Below, one piece after another: positions 19,488-28,418 of a DNA stretch of 64,000 nucleotides. Source of the stretch: Chryseobacterium sp. (lineage in GTDB: Bacteria > Bacteroidota > Bacteroidia > Flavobacteriales > Weeksellaceae); assembly GCF_041914225.1 (NCBI RefSeq), contig NZ_JAYSDT010000005.1, positions 21,511-85,510 on the forward strand. Reading direction: 5' to 3'. The first letter of the stretch is position 1, and each line of letters starts with the position of its first letter. The position numbers and the translations under genes are program-made. The notes beneath the pieces are model-generated. The model saw only the letters and a list, made by a program, of their open reading frames with translations, made no database searches and had not been told where the DNA came from.

Positions 19488-21251
19488 ATGAACAAGAAAA
19501 TTCAAATATTATCCATATTATTTTTAGGGGTTTCGTCGGTGGCGTTTTCCCAGATCAAGGAGGAAAAACTGGTTCTTAACAAAAAGAGGGAACCGGAAGT
19601 GAAGAAGATCGAGAAGAAGAAAACTTCAGTGGAAACCATTAAAAACTATCCGCCGGAAGAGAAATCGCAGAATCCCATGAAATATACCATCACGGACGTT
19701 CCTGCTGTTTCAGATTTCAAAACTTCAACCATTCAGGGGGAGGACGTAGCTCCGAAATTTGACGGAACCGCTCAGAATAATTATTTCCAGTTCGGAATGG
19801 GTAACTACGGGAAAGTTCTGGTAGACGGAAACGTTTCAAAAACCCTTGAAAATAAGCTTGAAGTAGGAGCAGATGTTCATGTTCTTTCTACGAATGGTCT
19901 TAAAAAAGATTATGACTGGAAATCCGGGCAGACATCAGCCAATATCGGTGCTTTCTTAAATTCTTACGGTGAAAAGGGAAAATTCAACCTTAATGCTGAA
20001 TATGGTCTGGACAGCTATAATTATTATGGAATTTATGCCATGCAGCCAACTGGTGAACTTGACCTGAAACAAAAGGTCAATCAGTTTAAAGTAAATGGTT
20101 ATTATGATTTTTATTCCAATGAAATCTTAAATGATGTGAGAGTGAAATCATCCTTCCTGAAAGATCATTTTGATGCACAGGAAAATCAGGTGTCCATTCT
20201 TGCCAATTTCTCAAAACATGCTGTTGAATTAGGAAAGTCAGGAATTAACCTGAATGCTGATCTGGGAGTGGGATTAGATGCTGTGAAGACAGATTTTGCC
20301 ATCAGGGATAAAAACTCAGCTAACTTTTTCAATACCAGCCTGGCTCCTAAAGTAACCTTCAGAAAAGGGGATTCTTATTTGATGTTAGGATCTTCATTCT
20401 CTTTCCTGAATGCTAAGAATTCCAATGACCAGCTGGAACAGCAAAAAAATAATAAGACTTACTGGTTCCCGCAGGCAGAGTTCCAGTTTGCTGCTGCTAA
20501 TGAATTTAAATTCTACGGAGGGGTAGACGGTGGTCTGAAACTGAATACTTACGGAGATATGCTGCAGACGAATCCATTCATCCTTTCTGACCAGTTTTTA
20601 AAGCCTACAGAGACGAAATATCATTTTTATGTAGGATTGAGAGGAGATATCGATGAAACACTGAAATACGACTTCTCTGCAGGTTACGGAAAGATGAGGG
20701 ATATTATGTTCTTTAAGGCCAATGATCTTTTTGATAACAACTCTGTTAACCGCTCTGCATACAACTTTGCCAATACATTCTCTGCAATATATGATGACGG
20801 AAATGTAAGTGATATCAAAGGAAGTGTACAGTATTTCCCGTTGGCAAATCTTATTTTAGACGGAGAGTTAAGATTTACGAAGTACAACCTTAAGAATTAT
20901 GATAATATTTATAACGTTCCTTTGTTCAATGCAAGTATCGGTGCAAAATATACCATGCTTGACAAAAAGTTATTGTTAGGATTTAAAGGGATATTTGCAA
21001 GTGACAGAACTACAAACTCTTATGCAATTGAAGCAGTAGGTGCACCGAATGTAATTTATCAGTCTACGGAGAATACAAATGATAAAGTTGGCGGGTATGC
21101 TGATTTAAATCTTTCCGCAGAGTATAAAATTCACAAAAATTTCAGTATTTTCGCACTCGGAAATAATCTTCTGAGCTCAAAATACCAGACGTACAAAGGA
21201 TATAAAGTCCTGGGTGCACAGATTCTGGGAGGTGTGAAGATTACCTTCTAA
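19488..21251 (+). CDS. TonB-dependent receptor-like outer-membrane beta-barrel
   Basis: Signal peptide, alternating beta-strand pattern, GNNLL..KY...GAQILGGVKITF terminal Phe. Confidence 0.85.
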   Translation: MNKKIQILSILFLGVSSVAFSQIKEEKLVLNKKREPEVKKIEKKKTSVETIKNYPPEEKSQNPMKYTITDVPAVSDFKTSTIQGEDVAPKFDGTAQNNYFQFGMGNYGKVLVDGNVSKTLENKLEVGADVHVLSTNGLKKDYDWKSGQTSANIGAFLNSYGEKGKFNLNAEYGLDSYNYYGIYAMQPTGELDLKQKVNQFKVNGYYDFYSNEILNDVRVKSSFLKDHFDAQENQVSILANFSKHAVELGKSGINLNADLGVGLDAVKTDFAIRDKNSANFFNTSLAPKVTFRKGDSYLMLGSSFSFLNAKNSNDQLEQQKNNKTYWFPQAEFQFAAANEFKFYGGVDGGLKLNTYGDMLQTNPFILSDQFLKPTETKYHFYVGLRGDIDETLKYDFSAGYGKMRDIMFFKANDLFDNNSVNRSAYNFANTFSAIYDDGNVSDIKGSVQYFPLANLILDGELRFTKYNLKNYDNIYNVPLFNASIGAKYTMLDKKLLLGFKGIFASDRTTNSYAIEAVGAPNVIYQSTENTNDKVGGYADLNLSAEYKIHKNFSIFALGNNLLSSKYQTYKGYKVLGAQILGGVKITF

Positions 21252-21326
21252 AATATAAGTGATAAGCAATGAGTAATCAGTAATCATTGTATGATATATT
21301 ATGAGTTACTCATTACTTATGAATAC

Positions 21327-21398
21327 GGCTGCATAGTTTAATGGATAGAACTTCGGATTTCGGCTCCGACAGTGAGGGTTCGAATCCTTCTGCGGTCA
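21327..21398 (+). tRNA. tRNA-Arg (anticodon TCG)
   Basis: Cloverleaf: GGCTGCA/TGCGGTC acceptor stem, GTTT/GAAC D-stem, TCGGA-TTTCGGC-TCCGA anticodon arm, GAGGG-TTCGAAT-CCTTC T-arm. Confidence 0.95.
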
Positions 21399-21400
21399 CT
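21387..21400 (+). repeat. att core, left copy (CTTCTGCGGTCACT)
   Basis: 13/14 identity with 31916-31929; overlaps the tRNA 3' end. Confidence 0.88.
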
Positions 21401-21468
21401 AATTGAATGAAAAGAGAATTTGTAAATTATTGAAAATTAAATAATTGCATTTTCTCTTTTTTGTTTTT

Positions 21469-21490
21469 GTGCCCAAAATCGTGCCCAAAA
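21469..21490 (+). promoter_or_regulatory. Putative integrase arm-type sites, left (GTGCCCAAA x2, 12-bp period)
   Basis: gtgcccaaaa-tc-gtgcccaaaa; the same paired motif occurs at 31779-31802. Confidence 0.75.
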
Positions 21491-21595
21491 TTCAAAAATA
21501 TTCTTTTTTTAATCTGCTTGAATTTGATTAAACCTATCTGAATACTAAAACAGATAAATTATTATATCTGTGATACAAATGTACTGAATAATCAT

Positions 21596-22126
21596 TTAAG
21601 ATCGGAAATAGTGCCCTGAACTCTCAAAATGGTCATACATAATGTTGTGTGCTGTCGCCTGCCAATCAATGCAAACAAAATGCGGGAGGTTGAAAGGTAT
21701 ATCATTTTCATAGAACTCTTGAACAAACTCAATATCATTTGCAAACTCACCGCAGTAGAAATTGTTTGCATACTCATAAGCACTTTGAAAATCCATATCC
21801 AAAAAGTTATCTAAAACCGCTTCAAATACTTCTATATCATGCCCAGAATCATTTATTTGCTCGGCTATTTCGTAGACATCTTTGGATATATGGTACTCAC
21901 TAATCAATCCTAATTTTTCAAATAGTGAACATCCCTCATAATCGGAAAGTAAAAATTCGGGGTCTTGTTCGTCACAGTGAAGTTCATACATTGCTGTAAG
22001 TAGTTCATCATAATCGGAATAATCAGAAAGATTCAGCCATTTCCCAAATAATGAGCAGTTGTTGTACTTTGCGTACGTTGATACATAGATACTAGCAGTA
22101 TCAAGACAATTTCGTAAATTTGTCAT
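21596..22126 (-). CDS. ardA: Antirestriction protein ArdA (acidic DNA mimic)
   Basis: IYVSTYAKYNNCSLFGKWLNL...PEFLLSDYE N-terminus, very acidic composition, IDW...GHYFR C-terminus. Confidence 0.88.
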   Translation of the reverse strand: MTNLRNCLDTASIYVSTYAKYNNCSLFGKWLNLSDYSDYDELLTAMYELHCDEQDPEFLLSDYEGCSLFEKLGLISEYHISKDVYEIAEQINDSGHDIEVFEAVLDNFLDMDFQSAYEYANNFYCGEFANDIEFVQEFYENDIPFNLPHFVCIDWQATAHNIMYDHFESSGHYFRS

Positions 22127-22677
22127 GTCAGTAATTTTAAGTTAGAGTTAAAATTTATTGATGTTGCCTATCGTGTTCGAAGCACTTTAGGCATTTTTTA
22201 TGTATATATTTTAGTAGTAAGTTGCCCAAAAAAGCAGTATAAATATACGACAAAAAGCCCATAAATACAAGGGTTTACAACACTTTTTAACTAAAATATC
22301 AACAGGTTAAAAACTTTTTAACCACTCCGAGCGCGCGGGAAAGGTAAAAAAACTGAGAAAAGCAAAATCCGAGCATAGGGGACGCAACGAAAAAACCTCG
22401 CTGATGGGGTGCGAAATCCGTATAGTAGGTTGTCTCCCGACACATCTACAAAAATTCTGAGATACGACATAAGGGGTATGTTTTTTATACCAAATTTAGG
22501 GTATGGGGTAAATGGGACTGTATATATTAGCAAAATTCCTTTGATTTCAATTCAATAATTTTCCATATCCGAAAAATCTGAAAGGTAGTTTACAGCACAG
22601 AAAATCTCTGAATCTGAAAAATTTCATATCTTAGTGGCTGAATTTTTAATGAAAAAATAAAGCGTTAGCTTTTATTC

Positions 22678-22820
22678 TGTACAAGGAAATCTGGTAAATT
22701 TCAAATACAGCACAGAATAAACAGTTGATGCCCTCGCTTATGGCGTGGGCTATACTTGTTTGTGCTGTATGGTTTACCAGAACCTCCTTGAACAAATTAA
22801 GTTATAGTTCCACGCTTTCT
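22678..22820 (+). ncRNA. Candidate structured cis-regulatory leader RNA upstream of the cargo operon
   Basis: Nested complementary blocks CAAGGA/TCCTTG, CTGGTAAA/TTTACCAG, TACAGCACA/TGTGCTGTA, GCCC.CGC/GCG.GGGC; alternative pairing of 22743-22754 with 22803-22815. Confidence 0.6.
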
Positions 22821-22868
22821 GCATTAATAACCTTTCACTTTGGGACTGGGTGATACAATAAATCACTT

Positions 22869-23633
22869 ATGAAAAAAATATTTTTTTCCGTACTGTTATT
22901 ATCATGTAGTCTTTGCTTTTCTCAAACAGCAACCAAAAAGTATAATTCATTTCAGAACCGATATGAATACTTTGATTCAAACGGAAATATGATGGGTTAT
23001 GAAAAGTACAACAGTTTCTCAAAACAGTGGGAATATTATACAACAGGCAATACCTCGCAATCTCGACAGCCGACACAGTACAGTGATCCGCAACAATTAG
23101 ATATTTCTGCTTTAGGTAATGCAATGGCAACAAAACAGAATAATTATAATTACAACGTTCAACAATTACAAAACGCTGTAAATACAATCTCTAATCAAAT
23201 CAATGATTTAGACCTTACTGATGAACAAAAACGAATTATACACAACAATTTTCAACAACAGTGTATCAATGAATTGAACCGAACTAGAATCAATTACTCT
23301 TCAGCAAATGAAACTAATCGTGTAATACAATGGTTGTATGATTCATTGAATATAATTATTAAAAATACAACTTCAACATCGGATTATAACTCACAACAAT
23401 ATTCAACCAACAATATTTCAAATCAGCAATTAAGTGCCAAAATTTTAGAACGTTATTCATCTCAGATAGTTGATTTAGATCTTAAAATGATGCGCAACGG
23501 ATCAAATAATGATGAATATCAAACATACAGAAAGCAGTTTTCATTATTAGCTCAAAATGGTGAGCTAAATGAAACTAATTCAAAAGAATTATTTCAAAAA
23601 ATGTCTGATATTGCAGCTAAATTATCCAACTAA
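22869..23633 (+). CDS. Secreted hypothetical protein (element cargo)
   Basis: Sec signal peptide ending CFSQ; duplicated KYNSF...(Y/W)EY(F/Y) motif; Q/N-rich helical remainder. Confidence 0.75.
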   Translation: MKKIFFSVLLLSCSLCFSQTATKKYNSFQNRYEYFDSNGNMMGYEKYNSFSKQWEYYTTGNTSQSRQPTQYSDPQQLDISALGNAMATKQNNYNYNVQQLQNAVNTISNQINDLDLTDEQKRIIHNNFQQQCINELNRTRINYSSANETNRVIQWLYDSLNIIIKNTTSTSDYNSQQYSTNNISNQQLSAKILERYSSQIVDLDLKMMRNGSNNDEYQTYRKQFSLLAQNGELNETNSKELFQKMSDIAAKLSN

Positions 23634-23789
23634 ACCTTATACTTTTAGTAGTAAAATAAAAACACGTCAAGTTTTGTCATTATACCGAAATACATTTGTA
23701 AAAAAACTTATCTAGATTATGATTTTCACCAGTCATAGAAAAAGTGTAAATTGCGGAAAACACAAATTCAAGTCAAAAAATTAATATTC

Positions 23790-25268
23790 ATGATGAAAAA
23801 ACTACAGGTTTTTCCCGTATTATGCTTAAGTATTGTAAGTTTCGGTCAAATCCCGAACTTACCCAATATTCAAGCCCCTACCCCAAGCGGATTAGGCAAT
23901 TATTCTAATCCGAATTATGGTAGTCCGATGAATAGTAGAAGCCCTCAAAGGAATTATGCTCCGTCAATGCCAAGCTCTTATCAAAAAAACTCAAACTCGG
24001 TTCAGCAACATAACATGTACGAATCACAATCAAGGTCAAGAAATGATGCTTTGATGCGTGAGATAGATCGGGATATTGCAGAAGTACAGCAAATGCAATT
24101 CCGTAGTTGGGTAGAAAACGGTAGAAATATGCCATATGACCTACCGTCATTATCAGGAAAAGCAGGAACGAAAGCATATTACGATGCTTTTAATAAACTT
24201 TCTGGAATAGATTCCGAAAACTACTCATTGGCAGATGTCAATTTCACCGTTGAAAATGCTTTTTATGACAACAAACAGGATGTAACCAAATTCAAAGCAG
24301 GAATCCAAAAAACGGCAAAACAGTTGTTGCAGAAAATGAAAGAACGGAAACAGGACACAGAAAGTAATGTTTCTAAAAACCTGATGCTGTTTGAGTATTT
24401 TTCTAAAGATATGAAGCTCGGAGGAACGACCCACAAAGCCTTTGAGTATGATTTTGAAGACTATTTAGGTCAAAAGGACTATTCCAAAATGTTTGTTTCC
24501 AAATTACTAAAGACGGGAGCAGGTCAATGTCACTCTATGCCCTTACTCTACCTGATCTTAGCAGAAGCAATGGGAACGGAAGCCTATCTGTCATTAGCTC
24601 CCAATCATTCCTTTATTCGCTTTGTGGATGATGAAGGGAAATTAAGGAATATTGAGTTAACCAGTGGAATGTTTACAGCAGATAATTCTTTGTTGGAATC
24701 TGGCTATATCAAATCCGAAGCATTACAGAATAAAATTTACTTGGAAAACCTTTCTAAAAAGGAGTTACTAGCAATGTCATACTTTGATTTGGCAAGAGGA
24801 TATGCTCAGAAATTCGGATATGATGAGTTTGTAGGTAAAGTTATCGATAAGGCATTAGAGCTGTATCCTAATGGCGTTGCCCCTAATATGGAAAAAGGAA
24901 ATGTCGACCAGGAACGGCTACGATCAGCACTGAAACGTTTAGGAATTAACCCTGATGATAGACGGGATTTACAAAGAGCAGGATATTTCCCAAAAGCTAA
25001 TGAACTTCTTAAAGAACTCAATGAACAGTTCGATAAAGTAGATGAACTCGGCTATGCTGAAATGCCCTCCTATGCTTATGAATCATGGCTCAAAAGTCTG
25101 AAAACTGAAAAGAACAAACAGGAAAGTGAAGCACTGGCTCAAAAAATACTGTTATATCAACTCCAAAAGCAGAAAGAAAAGCAGGAAGCCGTAAAACAAA
25201 AGAAAAAGGAATCTGAGAAATCAAAAGAGAAAGTCCAGTATTTTCCGATTGATCCAAAACATCTGTAA
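23790..25268 (+). CDS. Secreted transglutaminase-like (SirB1-like) Cys-His protein A
   Basis: Signal peptide; LLKTGAGQCHSMPLLYLILAE...APNHSFIR...NIELTSG; C-terminal helical/TPR-like region; start placed at ATG 23790. Confidence 0.75.
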   Translation: MMKKLQVFPVLCLSIVSFGQIPNLPNIQAPTPSGLGNYSNPNYGSPMNSRSPQRNYAPSMPSSYQKNSNSVQQHNMYESQSRSRNDALMREIDRDIAEVQQMQFRSWVENGRNMPYDLPSLSGKAGTKAYYDAFNKLSGIDSENYSLADVNFTVENAFYDNKQDVTKFKAGIQKTAKQLLQKMKERKQDTESNVSKNLMLFEYFSKDMKLGGTTHKAFEYDFEDYLGQKDYSKMFVSKLLKTGAGQCHSMPLLYLILAEAMGTEAYLSLAPNHSFIRFVDDEGKLRNIELTSGMFTADNSLLESGYIKSEALQNKIYLENLSKKELLAMSYFDLARGYAQKFGYDEFVGKVIDKALELYPNGVAPNMEKGNVDQERLRSALKRLGINPDDRRDLQRAGYFPKANELLKELNEQFDKVDELGYAEMPSYAYESWLKSLKTEKNKQESEALAQKILLYQLQKQKEKQEAVKQKKKESEKSKEKVQYFPIDPKHL

Positions 25269-25320
25269 ATTAAGAAAAAATCAAAGTGAAAAATAATACA
25301 TTTAATAATAAAACATAACT

Positions 25321-26499
25321 ATGAAGAAAATTTTATTGCTTATTTTCGTAATATTGGTAGGGTTTACACATGCCCAAATTAAAAAGAAAACCCAAACCAT
25401 ACAAAAGCCTAAAACGGAAAAGAAATGGGTAAATCCTGTCAAGCTGACAAAGGAAGAGAGAAGCCGTCCGTATATGGATGAAGTGCTAAAAACTAGAGAT
25501 TCATTAACACCGCAGGAAGCGGAAAGGAGGAGAAAGAATATTGCTATCGGAAATCCGTTTGCTAAATATGGGGTATATCCGAAGATTGCAACGCTCAGCA
25601 GAGGCAAATATTTAGAATTTCATGATACGGACAGTATTGTAGTCATTGGTTCGGTAAGGTTCAATACCAAAAGAAACAATATCATTGAAGTTCGAGAAAT
25701 TGATTTATCTGATCCTGATGCACAGCCTATTGGTGATACTCATGGACGTTGGATGTCCCCAGACCCTTTGAGTGAGGAGTTTCCTGATTGGTCACCTTAT
25801 AATTATGCCTTGAATAATCCTCTTAAATATATTGATCCGACAGGGTTAGCACCAGAGCATGTTGATCCAAGTGCAATTTTTGATAAAAATAAAGACGGTT
25901 CATATAAAAATCCTAAACTTGTTCAAGCATGGAATCAGTTTGCTACTTCAAAAGAAGGAATATCTTTTCTTTCTGATTATGCAAGTGCAGGACAAACCAT
26001 TGCAGGAGTGAAATACGATAAAGCAGGAAAATATGATAAAGCAGGAATTGATTTAAGTTTTGATTCAGGACAAGCACTAAAAGAATACAATAAAGGTAAT
26101 TTACAACCTGCCGTTGGAATTACAGATAATACCTCTGAAAAAGGAAGAGTTAATTTCAAAGTTAGTATTCAGGATAGACCATATATAGACCAAACACTTG
26201 AAACTCTTACTCATGAATTAGGTATCCATGTAAAATTAGGCTCTATGGACTATTTCGATAATAAGAAATTTGATTTTTCAAAAGGTTATGAATCAATAGC
26301 CAAAGACGGTTATACCCCATCTTATTTAAATAAATATTATGGTGAGAATTCAGGAAGAAGTAATAATGTTCCAGATCACATGGTTGATAAGAAAACAAAT
26401 CAGGCTTATAACTTAGGATCACCTATTTTAAAATCATTTTACCAAAAACTAAATATTAAAAGAACCGATGCACAAATTAAAAATTTATATAGTAAGTAG
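25321..26499 (+). CDS. Signal-peptide-bearing mini-Rhs protein: Rhs-associated core plus C-terminal putative toxin
   Basis: GRWMSPDPL...SPYNYALNNPLKYIDPTGL core (D172-L176), no YD repeats; C-terminal domain with THELGIH (HExxxH). Confidence 0.85.
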   Translation: MKKILLLIFVILVGFTHAQIKKKTQTIQKPKTEKKWVNPVKLTKEERSRPYMDEVLKTRDSLTPQEAERRRKNIAIGNPFAKYGVYPKIATLSRGKYLEFHDTDSIVVIGSVRFNTKRNNIIEVREIDLSDPDAQPIGDTHGRWMSPDPLSEEFPDWSPYNYALNNPLKYIDPTGLAPEHVDPSAIFDKNKDGSYKNPKLVQAWNQFATSKEGISFLSDYASAGQTIAGVKYDKAGKYDKAGIDLSFDSGQALKEYNKGNLQPAVGITDNTSEKGRVNFKVSIQDRPYIDQTLETLTHELGIHVKLGSMDYFDNKKFDFSKGYESIAKDGYTPSYLNKYYGENSGRSNNVPDHMVDKKTNQAYNLGSPILKSFYQKLNIKRTDAQIKNLYSK

Positions 26500-27196
26500 T
26501 ATCTGTATTTTATCATTGATAGCTTGTAAAGATAAATCTAAAGAACTACCGTCAACAGGTATTTTTTTAGGAAACATAAGCAATGATAAAGCCCAATATG
26601 CCATTGTAAAGAATAGCAGATTATTATATCCATCTGAGAGTGAAAGCAAATTTAAAATCCAAAAGGATGAGATTTTTTTAGATAATAATAAATACACGAA
26701 ATTAAATACTAATAATGTTTCTAAAAATTTTGATAGCATCGAAATTTCATACAATACGGATAATTATGAATCATTAGGTATAAAAGAGTTTGATGCTAAA
26801 ATTTATCAAAGCTCAATAGTTTTTTATGATGTTGAAAATAATGTTACGAAAGAAGTAAAATTAGATTATGATTTCAAAAAATGGTTAAACTTTTCCCTAA
26901 ATAAGAGAAAAATGGATTTAAAAAACATTGATAAAAATAATAAATTTATTGTGTGTGCTATTATTTATAATGGAAAACAAGCAAAAACAATCTACACTAA
27001 TGCATTAAATGGTAACAATAATGATTTAAGCCTTTTTATGACAATTCTCCACACATATCTTTCAATAAATAAAAACCAAGGAATTGAAGTAAGTAAAAAA
27101 AATATTTTTAAAAGTCAAGATTCTTTAAATGTATTTATTGATAAGAATAATATAGGTATCAAAAGAGTTCCTTTACCACCTCTAGAGAGCAAGTAA
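26468..27196 (+). CDS. Lipoprotein, putative cognate immunity protein
   Basis: Lipobox LIAC; overlaps the toxin stop by 32 bp; very AT-rich. Confidence 0.7.
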   Translation: MHKLKIYIVSSICILSLIACKDKSKELPSTGIFLGNISNDKAQYAIVKNSRLLYPSESESKFKIQKDEIFLDNNKYTKLNTNNVSKNFDSIEISYNTDNYESLGIKEFDAKIYQSSIVFYDVENNVTKEVKLDYDFKKWLNFSLNKRKMDLKNIDKNNKFIVCAIIYNGKQAKTIYTNALNGNNNDLSLFMTILHTYLSINKNQGIEVSKKNIFKSQDSLNVFIDKNNIGIKRVPLPPLESK

Positions 27197-27231
27197 AATG
27201 TAAATTCATTTCATAATTGAATATAATCAAA

Positions 27232-28290
27232 ATGACAAAAATATTTTCATCATTGTTATTATGTATAAGTCTCATTATAAATGCCCAAAACAACCAGTTT
27301 TATGATGATTCCTACCAAACCATTGACAATATGCTCAATGATAAGCAACAATACAGTTTTAAAGAAGCTGTATTTAGTGTAGAAAATGCCTATTATCAAG
27401 GAAAACTAGATGTTGAAAGTTTAAACTATAAAGTTGGTTTCCTAGCTGATTTTTGCAAACGACTAGTTAGTAATAGAAAACTGAATTATACAGAAAAAGA
27501 TCAGGCAAAAGTAAGCAAATATGCTGCTGTTTATACGGTAATGTGTCAAACAACCCCTGTCATTGTGAAAAACGACACTGTAAAATACAAACCCTTCACC
27601 TATGATTTTGAAGATGTATTCGGACATAAAGAACTAGCTAATTTGTTTGTATCAAAATTATTAGATACTCAGAAGGGCAACTGTAATTCAATGCCCTATC
27701 TATACAAAATCTTAGCAGAAGAAATTGGAGCAGATGCAAATCTGGCGTTAGCACCAAACCACGTTTATATTAAGCATAATATTAAATCAATCGGTTGGTT
27801 CAATACAGAGCTTACAAGTGGTATATTTCCGATCGATGCCTGGCTATCAGCTTCAGGGTTCATTCATTTAGATGCCATTAAAAACGGTGTGTTTATGAAA
27901 GCCCTGAACAATAAGGAAAGTCTTGCACTGCTATTAGTAGATTTAGCTAATGCTTACAATAGAAGTTTCCCAGATAATGACGGAAGTTTCCCGTTGAAAT
28001 GCGCAGAAAGAGCAATCCAAATTCACCCATATTTGGCAAATGCCTTATTATTACAGGCTGAAACCCATACGAAGCAGTTTCAAAAATTAATGAAAGAACA
28101 GAATACAAAAGATATTCAGGCTACATTAAGCAATCCAAAAGCTAAAGAATTGTTTGATCTGATGAATAAGGAATATGCTCATATTCACAAAATAGGCTAT
28201 CGTAGTATGCCTGAAGAAATGTATTTGGATTGGTTGGTATCTTTAAAAACTGAACGATCAAAATATGAGGATACAAGATTGCAGAAATAA
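27232..28290 (+). CDS. Secreted transglutaminase-like (SirB1-like) Cys-His protein B
   Basis: Signal peptide ending INAQ; LLDTQKGNCNSMPYLYKILAE...APNHVYIK...NTELTSG; paralog of 23790-25268. Confidence 0.75.
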   Translation: MTKIFSSLLLCISLIINAQNNQFYDDSYQTIDNMLNDKQQYSFKEAVFSVENAYYQGKLDVESLNYKVGFLADFCKRLVSNRKLNYTEKDQAKVSKYAAVYTVMCQTTPVIVKNDTVKYKPFTYDFEDVFGHKELANLFVSKLLDTQKGNCNSMPYLYKILAEEIGADANLALAPNHVYIKHNIKSIGWFNTELTSGIFPIDAWLSASGFIHLDAIKNGVFMKALNNKESLALLLVDLANAYNRSFPDNDGSFPLKCAERAIQIHPYLANALLLQAETHTKQFQKLMKEQNTKDIQATLSNPKAKELFDLMNKEYAHIHKIGYRSMPEEMYLDWLVSLKTERSKYEDTRLQK

Positions 28291-28296
28291 ATAATT

Positions 28297-28331
28297 TAGC
28301 CTTGACCACGGACGGTCAAGGTTATTTTTTT
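28297..28331 (+). terminator. Terminator closing the cargo operon
   Basis: TAGCCTTGACC-ACGGAC-GGTCAAGGTTA followed by T-run. Confidence 0.8.
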
Positions 28332-28418
28332 CTTACCGTACAAATTACTCTTAATATATAAACCGACTTTGTCCATTTTTACCTCCCCCAAAACAACCCA
28401 CAACCAAACACCCCAAAC

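Noticed and set aside
22318-22533. 71-aa minus-strand ORF
   Set aside because: Non-ATG start, no recognisable motif; the region is better explained as a cis-acting site
22867-23187. Antisense ORFs over the cargo genes (also 23905-24177, 25302-25607, 26485-26754)
   Set aside because: Shadows of longer, signal-peptide-bearing plus-strand genes
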